Assembly: GCA_010015805.1 (NCBI GenBank)
Contig: ML978121.1
Coordinates: 868,001-932,000 of the forward strand
Source: Rhizodiscina lignyota
Lineage: Eukaryota
Reading direction: 5' to 3'
DNA length: 64,000 bases
The position numbers and the translations under genes are program-made. The notes beneath the pieces are model-generated. The model searched no databases. It was not told the origin of the DNA and was given only the letters and a program-made list of their open reading frames with translations. The first letter of the stretch is position 1; each line of letters starts with the position of its first letter. Shown here piece by piece: positions 25,233-37,025 of the stretch.

Positions 25233-27190
25233 TCATGGGAATTGTTGCAGATAGGCTCGTCTCCGCATCCCAGATTCGTTCCGGATCCATAGAAGAAAGG
25301 CTCCGCCGCACAGCAGAACAGTAATGCCCGTTAGAGGAAGGCTTGCTTCAAGAAACGTTCTTAAGGCAGGCCATGAGTATACCAATTCCGACCTCCCATT
25401 CTCAGTGTTCCACTGAACTATGCTTGTACTCATCACAGTCTATCATTGATTTAGTAGATGCTGATATGTGAGAGGCAAATGACTCACAGATATGAAGGTC
25501 GCTGGGAGGTAGACGATTGTCACGAAAGCGATGAGAGTCATGAGAGCAGTTTGCCTTGCTGTCTTGAATGCGACTTGGTTCATCTCCTCCGTCAATATCT
25601 GCATCTTGTCCGCAGATTCTTGGGATTTTTGCGTGGCCTGCTTGCTCGCTTCCAGGTTTCTGTACTCTAAAATGCCGTAAAGCTAGGAAGGAATTAACTT
25701 TTGAACGACAAAGCAAATACATGTACTTACCATGCTTCTGCGGTTCCCTAGAATGCGAAGAAGCGTCTCCGCTCTGGCCTTCTGTGTAATTATATGGTTT
25801 TCCGCATTTTCCAGGGCAAAGATAAAACGTTGCAGTTTCCTGTCACACTTTGTCTTCAACTCTTCGGGCCAGCCTTCATAATTAGGAAGAATCTCGTAGT
25901 ATTGTCGCATTTGCGCCATTACCTTTGCATTCGACTCCAAAACAAGCAGTGCCTCAATGGCCTTTTCTTCAATGAACTGTAACCGTTGCAAATCATCGAA
26001 GTTGAAGACATCCATAACTCTTTGCTTCTCTGAATGTGCTGGAAGTGTACGCATTGGCACTGCGTGACCTGGTCCAGAAGGTGGGGCCATTGGGGGATTC
26101 GAAGGTGGCGGAGGTTGGCCTCGCGGTTCTTGCGCTGGTCTTGCTGGTGATACACCGCGACCTGAATACCATGCCGAATTCGCTACTTCTGGTACAGCCC
26201 GCAGAGTGCTTCGACGCGTGGGCAGAGGTCCGATCTCTGGAGAAACATCCATGGTGACCGGCACAGCATAAGACTGTCGCGTCAATTGCTGAAACTCCTC
26301 TTCAAGAAAGTTCAAGTACCATCGCCAATTCTCGCCGGCCCAGTCGCAGGAGACCAAGTGCACATCAAAAGTCGCTGAAAATAGTCGCTCCACGGACTCA
26401 TGTAAGCTAGGATCGTTGAATGAAGCAGTCTCGGAGAGCTTTGTCATTCTTCGTTTCATCGTATCGTTCCCTTTAACTATGATCCAATTTGTGGCTCCCG
26501 TTTCCACGTCAAATGAGTGGTAGAAGGAGCTGTGCCTAACTGACCATGGCCATGACGGCTGGCTACCGGATCGCTCAACGGATTTGAGGCTGTAGCATAG
26601 GCCGAAATTGCGTCCTGAGCGGCCAAGGTCTTCCTTTATCGCAGTATAATGATCATTCTCACTGATTCTACATTCAGCGCGGAAATAATTCGTGCACGAG
26701 TCTTGCGGATATTGCTGCTCTCCAAATGGGTAAAGGAAGTCCAAGAAATTAGGGAGAACTTGATGGTATGTGAAATACGTCATAAGCATCTGCCGTGTCG
26801 AGTATAGACGACCCAAAGAGTGACCTCCCCAAAGGAATCTGTAGGTCCGTGAGTGCTGGAGTCTGGTGCGATAGAGGAAGTTATAATTACTCACAAGAAA
26901 CGGCATTTTGGGTCCCTTTGAACTGTATGGTTATTGGGGTTGAGATTCAAGATCGTTTGCAGTCTTGCGAAGTTTTGAACCTTCTCGGATTTCCAACGGC
27001 CATCCGCGTCATTCAACTCTAGAAAATTGAGCGATGTCCCATTTTCCGCCGACACAAATAATTGGTTTTCTCTCTTGTTGAGCTTTTCGTAATGGTCGTC
27101 TAGATGATGCTCAAATGGGTAGTCGTCTACCAGGGCTTGGGGTCTGGGAAATTGAGTGGCAGAACGGCACGCGCGAAGTAATTGATCCAT
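25233..27190 (-). CDS. Fungal CorA-like membrane protein
   Basis: Spliced model with 3 introns: DPKCRF...TYHQVLPNFLDFLYPFG...WSVRHSSFYHSFD...WIIVKGN; long stalk helices; two C-terminal TMs MTLIAFVTIVYLPATFISTVMST and LRTFLEASLPLTGITVLLCGGAFLLW. Confidence 0.85.
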
Positions 27191-27647
27191 TCCAGGTCTC
27201 AAGCCTTAGGCAAGAATAATTAAAACAGAGTAGAGAGAGACTAAAATCTGACAGCGCTCGACGAGCACAAATATTCGGAACCATGATCAACTCAGGGATG
27301 TGGATCGATTGTCATGGGCAAATGCACCGCCACGCACGGGATCTGAAAACGTTTGAGCTGGATTGACTCCGGCGGTAAGGCGTTGGCCACGGTTGTAATG
27401 GCTTGAGGCGCAGCCCCCCTTGCCAAGTCTGAAATATGCGCTGAAAGAATCTGGTAATACATTATCTGCTAGAAGACCCAGTCGATTATCGGCTCATGTA
27501 ACTCCACGTTGGACTAAGGAGACGCCCGACGCCCCAAATTGCCACGATACAGCCAGAGTCGTAAGAACTCTGTTTATCTTCCGGATCTGCCTCGGCGCCA
27601 TTGTACCAAGCCTTGTGAAATAATCATAGTAACTCAATTGGAGTTGC

Positions 27648-27968
27648 TCAAAGCGGATTTTGTGTTCTTAGCTCCATGAGACGTTGTCGCTCGCTCTGGG
27701 GGTAGCCTTTTCAGCGCCCATGACCGAGCTGATTCTAATGCTCGACTCACCTCATCCAAAAGACGTGGAATCCACACCCTCCAATGGTCCGTAACGAGCT
27801 TTTGTGGCAATCAAGGTCAGCTTATCGTGCTCAGATCACCAGGAATGAGCCGCGGCTCCAACTTACGGTAGTATTGAAATCGTATTGGCCAAACAGACTG
27901 ACAAGATACTCGTTTACCTTATCCTTCTGTAGGCGGTAGGCGGAAATGAATTCCCAAGTCCACCCCAT
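27648..27968 (-). CDS. 65-aa three-exon microprotein of unknown function
   Basis: MGWTWEFISAYRLQKDKVNEYLVSLFGQYDFNTT | LVTDHWRVWIPRLLDE | SERQRLMELRTQNPL*, joined by two phase-0 introns (GTAAGT..AAG, GTGAGT..CAG) that keep the frame. Confidence 0.78.
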
Positions 27969-28834
27969 GGCTGGTTCTGGGGGCTGGCACCCTGTCTCAG
28001 CCTCGTTATCCTGCAAAGATACGGGAAGGAGAGATGTCTTGATGCAAACTCACCGGAGACTCTTTGTAGAATGATCTGAACTCGAGGCGCAATTATTTGA
28101 CAGCCTGGTTGCTATGTGCGTGTGTGCCCCATTCTTTATACCGTAATCTCGAATAATGTGCGGCCTCAAACGGCCTCTCTTCAATTCTCAGGATGCAGCA
28201 CAAGGCGGTGATGTGCATACCCGCCACCAATGAAGGCTTAGCCAGCCTTGTCGCAGCCTGATCTAGAGTCGCTTGCCTTTTCTTGCCTCGCCCTCTTGCG
28301 GGGCCGAGCGATGTTCTCGCAGGGGAGCAGGCAATTCGGAATACATTCATGCGTCAGTTCCGCGATCGATCCAATTATGTGGGAGATTTTGAGCCTCAAG
28401 TTTCGGTGCGAACACCAATCGCTGTCTTCTGAGTCTAAGGACAGCGTTTTGCAAGGCTATTGTACCAGTTTCATCGCAAAGCCAGCTCTGCAAGGCTGGC
28501 TTTGTAATGGGCCCCAAGAGATGCTTAAGATGCAGCAGTATGGTAAGGATTGATATTCCAAAGGCATTCTTTGAGTTGGCCAAGCTGAGAAATGTCCAGT
28601 CACGTCGGACAGGCTGAAGTGGCTCGCTTTGAGAGGAAATCAGTGTAGCGGCTGAGCAGGCCGCTCTTCCGAACAAGCAAATCTACCCCATGGATCGAGG
28701 AATTCGACGACTTAAGGCAAGCATAGATCTGGAGGATATTGGAGGTGCAAAAAAGCTCGCAAGCCGGACAAAAGCGCTGTTCCATTTTAGGTAACGGTGG
28801 ATTTATAGCGTCCGCTGTCCTTGATATTTGACAC

Positions 28835-29893
28835 TCACACACTCACACTCACTTCTCCAAATCGATTCTTTCCCTTTCGTAGATTCCTCGCGTCCTCTCG
28901 TGTCAATTTCTTCTTCCTTGACCCCGAAAACCCTGCTAGCGTGTCGTCCTCATCTTGTTGCAGGCCTGGGAATTTGTGCTGACGATGCCGAAACGCTCTC
29001 CTCTCCGCTAAACGGTTATTCCTTTCTTCCATCAATACTTTGCTTTTGAAAACTTTGTCAGGCAGGCCCCATATTCTGACCACGTAGGTAGTCCCGTCAA
29101 TCTGGACGCGAATGTTCTTCCTCGGTAGTGGTGTATTCTCGTTGTCCACCCTTGCGGCTCGGAAAATATCCTCAAGAAGTTCTGAGATGCGGGTTTCGAC
29201 AAACTGCTCCCACGTCTCAATCTTTACGGAGGCCAGCGCAAGCACCGCCTGGGACCAACTCCAATAATGTCGCCAGTCGTACTCGCCCCCGATGAGTCTC
29301 CCTCTCACGATGCTTAGATAGCCACCGTTGCCGCGAAGCGTGGCCATTAGATCGAGCCACACGCTACTAATTTCTGCATGATCACTCTGGTTTGGAAGCA
29401 TCTCTTGCGGGATTTCTAACGTCTTCAGTTGTGGCAAGTCCACCGCAAGGTCGAGAAATTTGAGTCTTTGTCGCTCCAAGTAGCCCATGCTGGCTCTGTC
29501 AGACATGTAGTCGACAAAAGGAATCAAAGACAGATGTCTCATGTTGATGTGCTGGCCCTGCTCCATTGCGCGGACAATCGTCTTTTGCATGAAGGACCGG
29601 TCATAGTACCAGAATATGGTCTCTTTGTAAAAAATCGGCAAGGCTTCATTACGAATCTGAGTGCATGTTCCGAACAGACCCATGGCAGGTCTAGGTTGAT
29701 GAGCAAGATCTGATGACATTGGTGACACGCGATGACCTTTGAACTCCTTCAAGAAAGGATATTTGGGACCGGCAATGACGAATCGGTAAATGAGTTGCCG
29801 AAGCTCGAGGGGCAGTCGAAAGAGATGGCTAGACTGAGGCATGTTTCTCGGATTCCGGAGGCTATTGGTGCGTGCAGATAGGGTGAGAGACAT
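28835..29893 (-). CDS. Hypothetical protein with F-box/2EXR-like N-terminal motif
   Basis: SHLFRLPLELRQLIYRFVI...LFGTCTQIRNEALPIFYKETIF is a common fungal F-box-like family pattern; long intronless ORF. Confidence 0.75.
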   Translation of the reverse strand: MSLTLSARTNSLRNPRNMPQSSHLFRLPLELRQLIYRFVIAGPKYPFLKEFKGHRVSPMSSDLAHQPRPAMGLFGTCTQIRNEALPIFYKETIFWYYDRSFMQKTIVRAMEQGQHINMRHLSLIPFVDYMSDRASMGYLERQRLKFLDLAVDLPQLKTLEIPQEMLPNQSDHAEISSVWLDLMATLRGNGGYLSIVRGRLIGGEYDWRHYWSWSQAVLALASVKIETWEQFVETRISELLEDIFRAARVDNENTPLPRKNIRVQIDGTTYVVRIWGLPDKVFKSKVLMEERNNRLAERRAFRHRQHKFPGLQQDEDDTLAGFSGSRKKKLTREDARNLRKGKNRFGEVSVSV

Positions 29894-30884
29894 CTTTGAA
29901 GTAGGATTGATGGAAGTGTGCTGACTGCTTGGAGACACAATGATGGAAGAGGAGCAGCCGGGATTTTTGAGCTTGGAATAGAGCGACTCTGCCTGAGGTA
30001 TCACTCAAGGAAATTTGGCTCTGAGTCCATTTATTTATCTCAGAAGAGCCGTAAATGAGTCAACCATACTCCTGACTCCATTCCGAATATGGTCACCGTC
30101 AAGCTCAGCCTGCGCCACAAGTCGCTAAGCCACGAGCCACAACCACGGAGGTACCTGACCGCCCAGCGAAGAAATAAGGAGTTGTGAGCATATGAGACCA
30201 TGAATAGACATTTTCGTGGACCTACTATTGATGCGGGAAAAGCGGAAAGAACATAAGCGATAACGGTGACATTGACAGAGAAATGAAATAGGTGTCGGCT
30301 GGCAACGGAAGTGCGTCTTGTCGGAGCCGGCCCCGAATTGAGAATGGATGCTGGTGCGGTTCCAACAATCTATCCTAAGCGCCAATTGAAATTCTTTATG
30401 AGTGAATAGTGAAACTTGCCTGCTAAAGGAGCGAAGATAGAGTGAACAACGACAGCAAAGGAAGAGCAATTTTGATGATGCACCCACAGACCAGTTGGGC
30501 TTAGGCCGAATGCTGTGGGCAAAGGCGCGATTTGATTGGGTGGATAGGATCATGAGCTTCTCCGCATGCCGACTTCTTTAGCAGCTAGCTCGTCCCGGGG
30601 GTCACTCTGACAGGCCTTTCCACCAACTGCGGGGAAGCTCTCCAAGCAACGTACCACACCCGCACTGCAAAGGTGAGAAGTGACCAAGCGCTTGCAGACA
30701 GACATTGAGACTCCATCTACCGGATCCCTCCGTCATCTCCCACTTCCCCCACACTGGGCACAAGACATACACAACCTTCGAACGGCTTCCCGAGCCTGTG
30801 GACCGCGACATTCACATTCTTTGCTTTTCACGCGCACTCTACACCTCCAACGCACTCAATTGTACCTCCTCCACCGCTCCAACC

Positions 30885-32098
30885 ATGCTCACCCGACGGA
30901 CAGCGCGAGCTCTCCGCTCGTTCACCTGCCCCTCACCCCCTGCCTTCACACTCACTCGCACTTTCGCGTCCTCCCTCTCCCAACGCGACCCGTCAAAAGC
31001 TCCCGCACTCGCTGACATCACTTCTGACGGCGGATCGCGTTTCGACGCACGCCAGAAGGAGTTCCGCGACCAAGTGGCTGCAAACCAGCGGCGCAAGGAA
31101 CAGGAAGAAAGTCAGTCTCGTCTGTCTGCAAGCCAGGGCGCTTCTCAATCTGAATCTTCTTCTACTTCTTCTTTCATCAATGGTGTTGACCAGACCTTGA
31201 GCTCACTGTCCTTTACTCACGCAGAAGACGCACGCGCACGCGAATCCGCCCAAGATGGCAAGAAGAGTGGACCGCTGAGCAGCTTGTTTTACGGCACGGA
31301 AGCCGGACGTAACATGGACAAAGAGATGGAGAGGAGCTTCAGTCAGGTGCTCGCGAGAGGCAAATATGTCCATACGATCGTGTTCCACGAGGTCAAGCCG
31401 GACAAGGTCGACGAGTACGTCGATTTAGTGGGCATGTGGTATCCAAAGATATCCACCATCCCCGAGAACAAGGTCAACTTGGTGGGAAGCTGGAGGACGG
31501 AGGTTGGAGACTGCGATACTTTCGGTTTGTTTATTCACTTCATTACATTGATTCTCCACTACTCCACATTTTCAGATCCAAGGAAATCTACGACTAACGA
31601 GGCATAACTTCAGTGCACATCTGGGAATATCAACGCTACACCGGCTACCACAACTCGCTGTATGCCACTCACCACCATCCCGATTATCCTGGCTACGAAG
31701 CCAAGCTTAAGCCGCTCATCCACTCCAAGCGCACCTCACTCATGCAAGAATTCTCCTTCTGGCCAACCACTCCTCCTCGTCAACTCGGCGGCCTGTTCGA
31801 ACTCCGCTCGTACACTCTTCACCCGGGCAATCTGCTAGAATGGGAGACTCACTGGCGAAGAGGCCTCAAGGCCAGGAGAGAAGTTATGGAAGGTGTAGGA
31901 GCTTGGTTCGTACAGATTGGCGATCTGAACACTGTGCATCACCTGTGGCAGTTTGCGAATCTCGAGGAACGGAAGGTCAGGAGGGAGCAGAGCTGGAGCA
32001 TCGAGGGATGGGGCGAGACTGTGCACAAGACGGTACCCTTGATCCAGACAATGAAGAGTAGGATTCTGGTTCCCATGCCCTGGAGTCCGGTTGCATGA
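30885..32098 (+). CDS. NIPSNAP family mitochondrial protein
   Basis: Arg-rich presequence; SFSQVLARGKYVH, GSWRTEVGDCDTF|VHIWEY, FELRSYTLHPGNLLEWE, VHHLWQF; intron about 31525-31613. Confidence 0.93.
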
Positions 32099-32690
32099 GG
32101 TCGACGAGTGGATGTTCATCATATCTCAGAACAGCGGCGGCCCTTGACGATGGCTCCTGCTCGTGTGCGCGCAAAGATCGGGATTGAGCATAGCATGTGA
32201 GACGGGAGCAAGCAGGCCTTCATGCGTGAACAGAAGGGGTTCTTTCATGTAAAATAGCACGGCTCACAGAGCCACTTGGACTCAGCATACCAGCGCGTGA
32301 TGAAGTGCTGGAAACATGAAAATGGCTTTACTAGCGTCTACAGATGAAGTCCATCAGAAAGCAGTCAATCTTTCCATAGCATGCACTAAAACTAAGCATC
32401 ACCTAAAATTCGGAGGCATCAAGGATTACTGGTAATGGTGATTGACATCTTGATTTCTTACTTGGAAACAGGCTTTCACGTGCGTTTGGCTTAGCGCAGA
32501 GTGACATCAGCGAATTAACGTCGCGTCGCGTGCAAAGTTTCATTTAAACCCCCGATTGTGATCGCGCGACACTCCGGAATTGGTCGACAGCGCCTCGAAT
32601 AAAGCACTTTCCACCTCCACACTTGCTTCTTTCTTCTATCTTCTTCTTACTATCATTCCTGAAGCGCTGCATTCGTGCGATTTCTTCAAA

Positions 32691-34174
32691 ATGGTGTACA
32701 TTCGGCAGGACAAGCTCCCCAAGCTCAAGGAATACAAGTACTCTGGGGTCGATAAGAGCCTGGTTTCGCGCTACATCATGAAGCCGTTCTATACACACTT
32801 TGTCATCAAATGCTTTCCAATGTGGATGGCGTAAGTGCTCGAGTTCCCTGCTCCTGCAATTGCGTGCCTGCTAACAGTTCCGCAGACCGAATCTTGTACG
32901 CGTCCTCCCATGCCCAGCGAGCTCATAACCACTTTCATAACGATCTGAATCTAACAATATACGCGTAGATCACTCTCCTAGGCTTCGGCTTCGTCGTCGT
33001 AAACTTCCTCACAATGCTGTGGTACACACCTACTATGGACGTGGACATCCCTCCATGGATATATGGCAGCTGGGCAGTCGGCCTCTTCCTCTACCAGACA
33101 TTCGATGCAGTCGACGGTACCCAAGCGAGGCGCACACACCAGTCTGGTCCTCTAGGCGAACTCTTCGATCATGGCGTCGACGCATTGAACACGTGCCTCG
33201 AAGTCCTCCTGTTCGCAGCGGCGATGAATTTCGGACAGAGCTGGCAGACGGTCCTCACGCTGTTCGCGAGTCTGTTGACGTTCTATGTGCAGACTTGGGA
33301 TGAATATCATACAAAGACGTTGACTCTGGGGATCATATCGGGTCCAGTCGAGGGTATTCTCACGTTGTGCATCGTGTATGCGATCACCGCGATCAAAGGA
33401 GGCGGCAGTTTCTGGCAACAGAGCCTGCTGAAGACCATTGGCGTAGGCGAGAAGCCAGAATGGATGCCAGAGACCGCATATGACATGGCGTGGAATGAAT
33501 GGTACATGGTCTATGGTGGTATCGTGCTGGTCTTCAATACCGTGCAAAGGTACGTCATTCTCCGTTCTCCGTATTGCACACGCCAACGGTGAATGTAATT
33601 CCATTGACATACATTTAGCGCGCAAAACGTCCTAGCTGCAAGACGTGCCCGTACGATCAACGGTCAAAACGGCAACCACAACCCTTTATTTGGTCTGCTT
33701 CCATTCTTCTTCGCATGGGTGCTGATCCCAACCTATCTCGCTCTCAATCCGATCATCCTCCGACAGCATCTCGTCCCCTTTACGTTCTACGTCGGCCTGA
33801 TCAATGCGTACTCCGTTGGCCAGATGATCGTTGCGCACTTGGTAAAATCTTCCTTCCCATACTTCAACATCCTCATCGCGCCGCTCCTATGGGGAGTGGT
33901 AGATTCCTTAGGTCCATTAGTTCAGGAGCAGCTCGGCAAGTACGGGTTGGGCCGACTGGGCTGGCCAAGCGCCCTGGGCGTGGACACCGTATATCAGATT
34001 GCATTTGTCTTTATGTGCTTGGGAATGGGGATCGGTGTTTATGGAAGCTTCGTGGTCGACGTGATCACGACCATTTGCGACTATCTGGATATTTGGTGCT
34101 TGACGATCAAGCATCCATGGGTTGCAGAAACGGAGGAAACTGACACGAAGAGGATTGAAACGAAAAAGGATTAA
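32691..34174 (+). CDS. CPT1: Diacylglycerol choline/ethanolamine phosphotransferase (CDP-alcohol phosphotransferase)
   Basis: YKYSGVDKS, WMAPN, CDP-alcohol motif DAVDGTQARRTHQSGPLGELFDHGVD; multiple TMs; three introns. CPT1 versus EPT1 cannot be distinguished. Confidence 0.9.
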
Positions 34175-35166
34175 CTGAGACAAATGGTGAAGGATGAACA
34201 GCCGGTCCGAAGGTTCCTAATTAGCCATTTCCGTATCGGTTGTAATGATGTGTAGTTGAACTTAGCGAGGCGTTTTGGGACGGTGCTTATTGAAGAGGGG
34301 GAAGATGCAGGTGATCGTGAGCGCCTTATACCTCTTGAATCTTCTGCACACCTATTCCCCTGTCTAATTGCATGGATATATTCCTAGCGCTTCTCAAGTT
34401 GTCCGCTCATGGCAGAATCTGTGTCACCTCCAAGCTTGGAGTCTTCGACAAACCTGTGTTTAATACTCCGAATTTTCATTTTCTACGTCATGCGCTGCAT
34501 GTGAATTTGCTGGATTGGCTTAAATGTATGATCAGTGTTTCAATTTAATGAAGAGGATATCGATTAATCCATATCAACATGTTTCATCCACCAACCGATG
34601 TTCCTAATACCTGCATTTGCCCAAGATCTCTTAAGCGTACTGCAAATTGTCTTGTGTGCCAGCATTGCGTTCGAGCATGTCGGGAGCTTCTTTGCCAGTC
34701 TGTGACTTGGCCGCGGAGAGTTGATTGATTCTTTCAGAGCTCCAGCTCGTTCAGCGGGCCAACTACATACAATCGTGTTGTCTCCGATGTCTGATTCACA
34801 CGCTTCCATGCCGGGCTGATTGAAAACTGTACCTGTTGATGTCTTCAACCGCTCTTCGTTACGGCTGGAATTCCGCGCGTGATGCAAATATGTCAGTGCG
34901 AGCCATAATCTACAAGGACGGGTACAGTGGCAGAAGTTTTAACTTGTTGCTCCGTTTGGTCTTGAGGGAATCATGCGATATTTAGCTTCGAGACTACGCG
35001 TGAGTCTCTTGCTTGAGTTGAGTTGTCTTGCCATACACTGAGCTAGTTGGCATTGGACCAGGACGCTGTCCCTCGTCAATTGGATGGAGGGTACAATACT
35101 GGCTTCAATGAGCGCTCGTATATTTGCCATAACTACTGCTATTCGCCGATAGCCATCACCTCCTTC

Positions 35167-36585
35167 TTATCTCTTTGTCACAAAGGGGACACTTTCATCG
35201 TCGTCCCTCTGCACTATGTTCTGCTTCCCTTTCACAAGCTGACACAGCATATAATTGAAGCCCGCAGTGATGCCAAGCTCCTCGCCCCTCTTCACCACAT
35301 ACCCATTGATGTAATCAATTTCCGTTTGCCTTCCTGCTCGTATATCCGCTAGCATAGAGCTCACATTTGCCGCCGTTTTGTTCGCAACCCCTACTACCAG
35401 CGTCTCTAGCCTCTCAGAAGAGAACCTCGTATTAACGTTAGGAAGGCCTTCCAGCTCAGGAAGTCTGATGTAGACGGATGAGATTTCGGACAGGAGCAGA
35501 CGCATGGTGCGCGTGTTGGCGAAATTGTAGAGTAGTGCGCCGTTGCGGCAGTCCATCAAAGCCGTGAGAGGATTCAGAATTGAATTCATAGCCAACTTTT
35601 CGAGTTGTGCTTTGAAAAGTTCTATGGGCGCAAAGCCGACTGCTGCAAGGACAGGAACGCTGGATAATGTGCGCAAAAGATAGCGGGAAGAAGGCGCCAT
35701 CTCAATGCCAGAGAACGCGGTACTTTCCTCGCCAGTTGGAGACGGCGGTCGCGACGGGCGTGGGGGTAGACCAAGCGCAATGGTACCAAAGCCCGCGTGA
35801 GTGGCGACGAAATCCTGTTGGCTGTGCACACCGTGAGAATTGATGCCCAGCATATAGTGCGGACGTGACTCCGGATCTGGAAAGACCTCCTTGTTTACTT
35901 CATCGATGATGCCCATTCCGTTCTGCATGAAGAGAATGGTCGATTGCGGTGTTAACCGTGCTTTGATACTCAGAAGTGCTGAGACGGTCTGTTGCGCCTT
36001 GACGCTAACAATCAAATTCGATATCGGAGATGTAGCGTTCAGGGAGAACTCTTCTGAATGCGATGGTTCTTCGGCCTCCTTGATTCGCTCGTGATATTTC
36101 TCCTCCTCCGGCCCAGGTTCCCCAAGAGGGAGCTGATGCAATCGCTCCGCTTCGGCAATAGGGACTGCCCTGCCATGTCGCCGCCACATCGGGATGGCGT
36201 ATTCCCAGTCAAATCCACTCCGTGCCTCAGTTTGTCCTTGAGTCACCAGTTTAATCTCTTCTGAGCCGCGAAGCCACTGTCGTGCTTTCCCAACTCGATG
36301 CATGAGCAGTGTGACCGCAGGAGGGTTGGATATGCCACGGAGGGAGTGCGCAATGAGAATGCCGATACTACCAGTGCCGAGTATATGAATTCGTCGCGCT
36401 GCTTGCTCCGGCGGGTCTACAATCTTAGGTGGTCGAGGAGCCGAAAGTGGCTCGTAGTAAGCGGTCTCAGAAGGCGGATCCATAGCTCTGTGAAACTCTG
36501 AGTTATACTCTGGGGGACAAGCGATACGAGCCGACATACCTGACAGCCGCCGTAGTTCTGAAATATCTCCTGGGATATGGGGCAC
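35167..36585 (-). CDS. 2-dehydropantoate 2-reductase (PanE/ApbA family); start uncertain
   Basis: HILGTGSIG, VSVKA, MQNGMG, EKLAMNSILNPLTAL, NVSSMLADIRAGRQTEIDYINGYVV. Confidence 0.9.
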   Translation of the reverse strand: MPHIPGDISELRRLSGMSARIACPPEYNSEFHRAMDPPSETAYYEPLSAPRPPKIVDPPEQAARRIHILGTGSIGILIAHSLRGISNPPAVTLLMHRVGKARQWLRGSEEIKLVTQGQTEARSGFDWEYAIPMWRRHGRAVPIAEAERLHQLPLGEPGPEEEKYHERIKEAEEPSHSEEFSLNATSPISNLIVSVKAQQTVSALLSIKARLTPQSTILFMQNGMGIIDEVNKEVFPDPESRPHYMLGINSHGVHSQQDFVATHAGFGTIALGLPPRPSRPPSPTGEESTAFSGIEMAPSSRYLLRTLSSVPVLAAVGFAPIELFKAQLEKLAMNSILNPLTALMDCRNGALLYNFANTRTMRLLLSEISSVYIRLPELEGLPNVNTRFSSERLETLVVGVANKTAANVSSMLADIRAGRQTEIDYINGYVVKRGEELGITAGFNYMLCQLVKGKQNIVQRDDDESVPFVTKR

Positions 36586-37025
36586 ACAATGGTGCCAAAG
36601 GGCGTGCTTTAGCAGTTAATATGGCCACCCGGCCAAGGCCATTGTTACCGCGAGAGCATACTTGAGATGATAGTATTCGAGGCGGGTTGCCTCTGAGGGT
36701 GTGCTTGACAGTGTAGGAAAACAGATTGACTAGAACCAAATATCTACATGGATTGGGAATAAAAAGAAAGGTCTTGGATGCCGTATTTACACGTTTGCTG
36801 AATTGCGATATGTGAATTGGACTGGAGAGTTTGATCGAGATGTCAGTGTTTCCGAAAGCGGTGGTGAACCTTAAGAAGCCCGGCAGAAGCTCGGCGCCCA
36901 TCCAAGAAATTCTGCTATTGGCTGCGGCTGCTTAGCTGCGCTGCATACATAAACTTCAAATTTCTCGCCAAAAATTCAAGCTCCACGCTCGCACGTACAA
37001 CACTCTCACTCTACCATCAGCAAAA

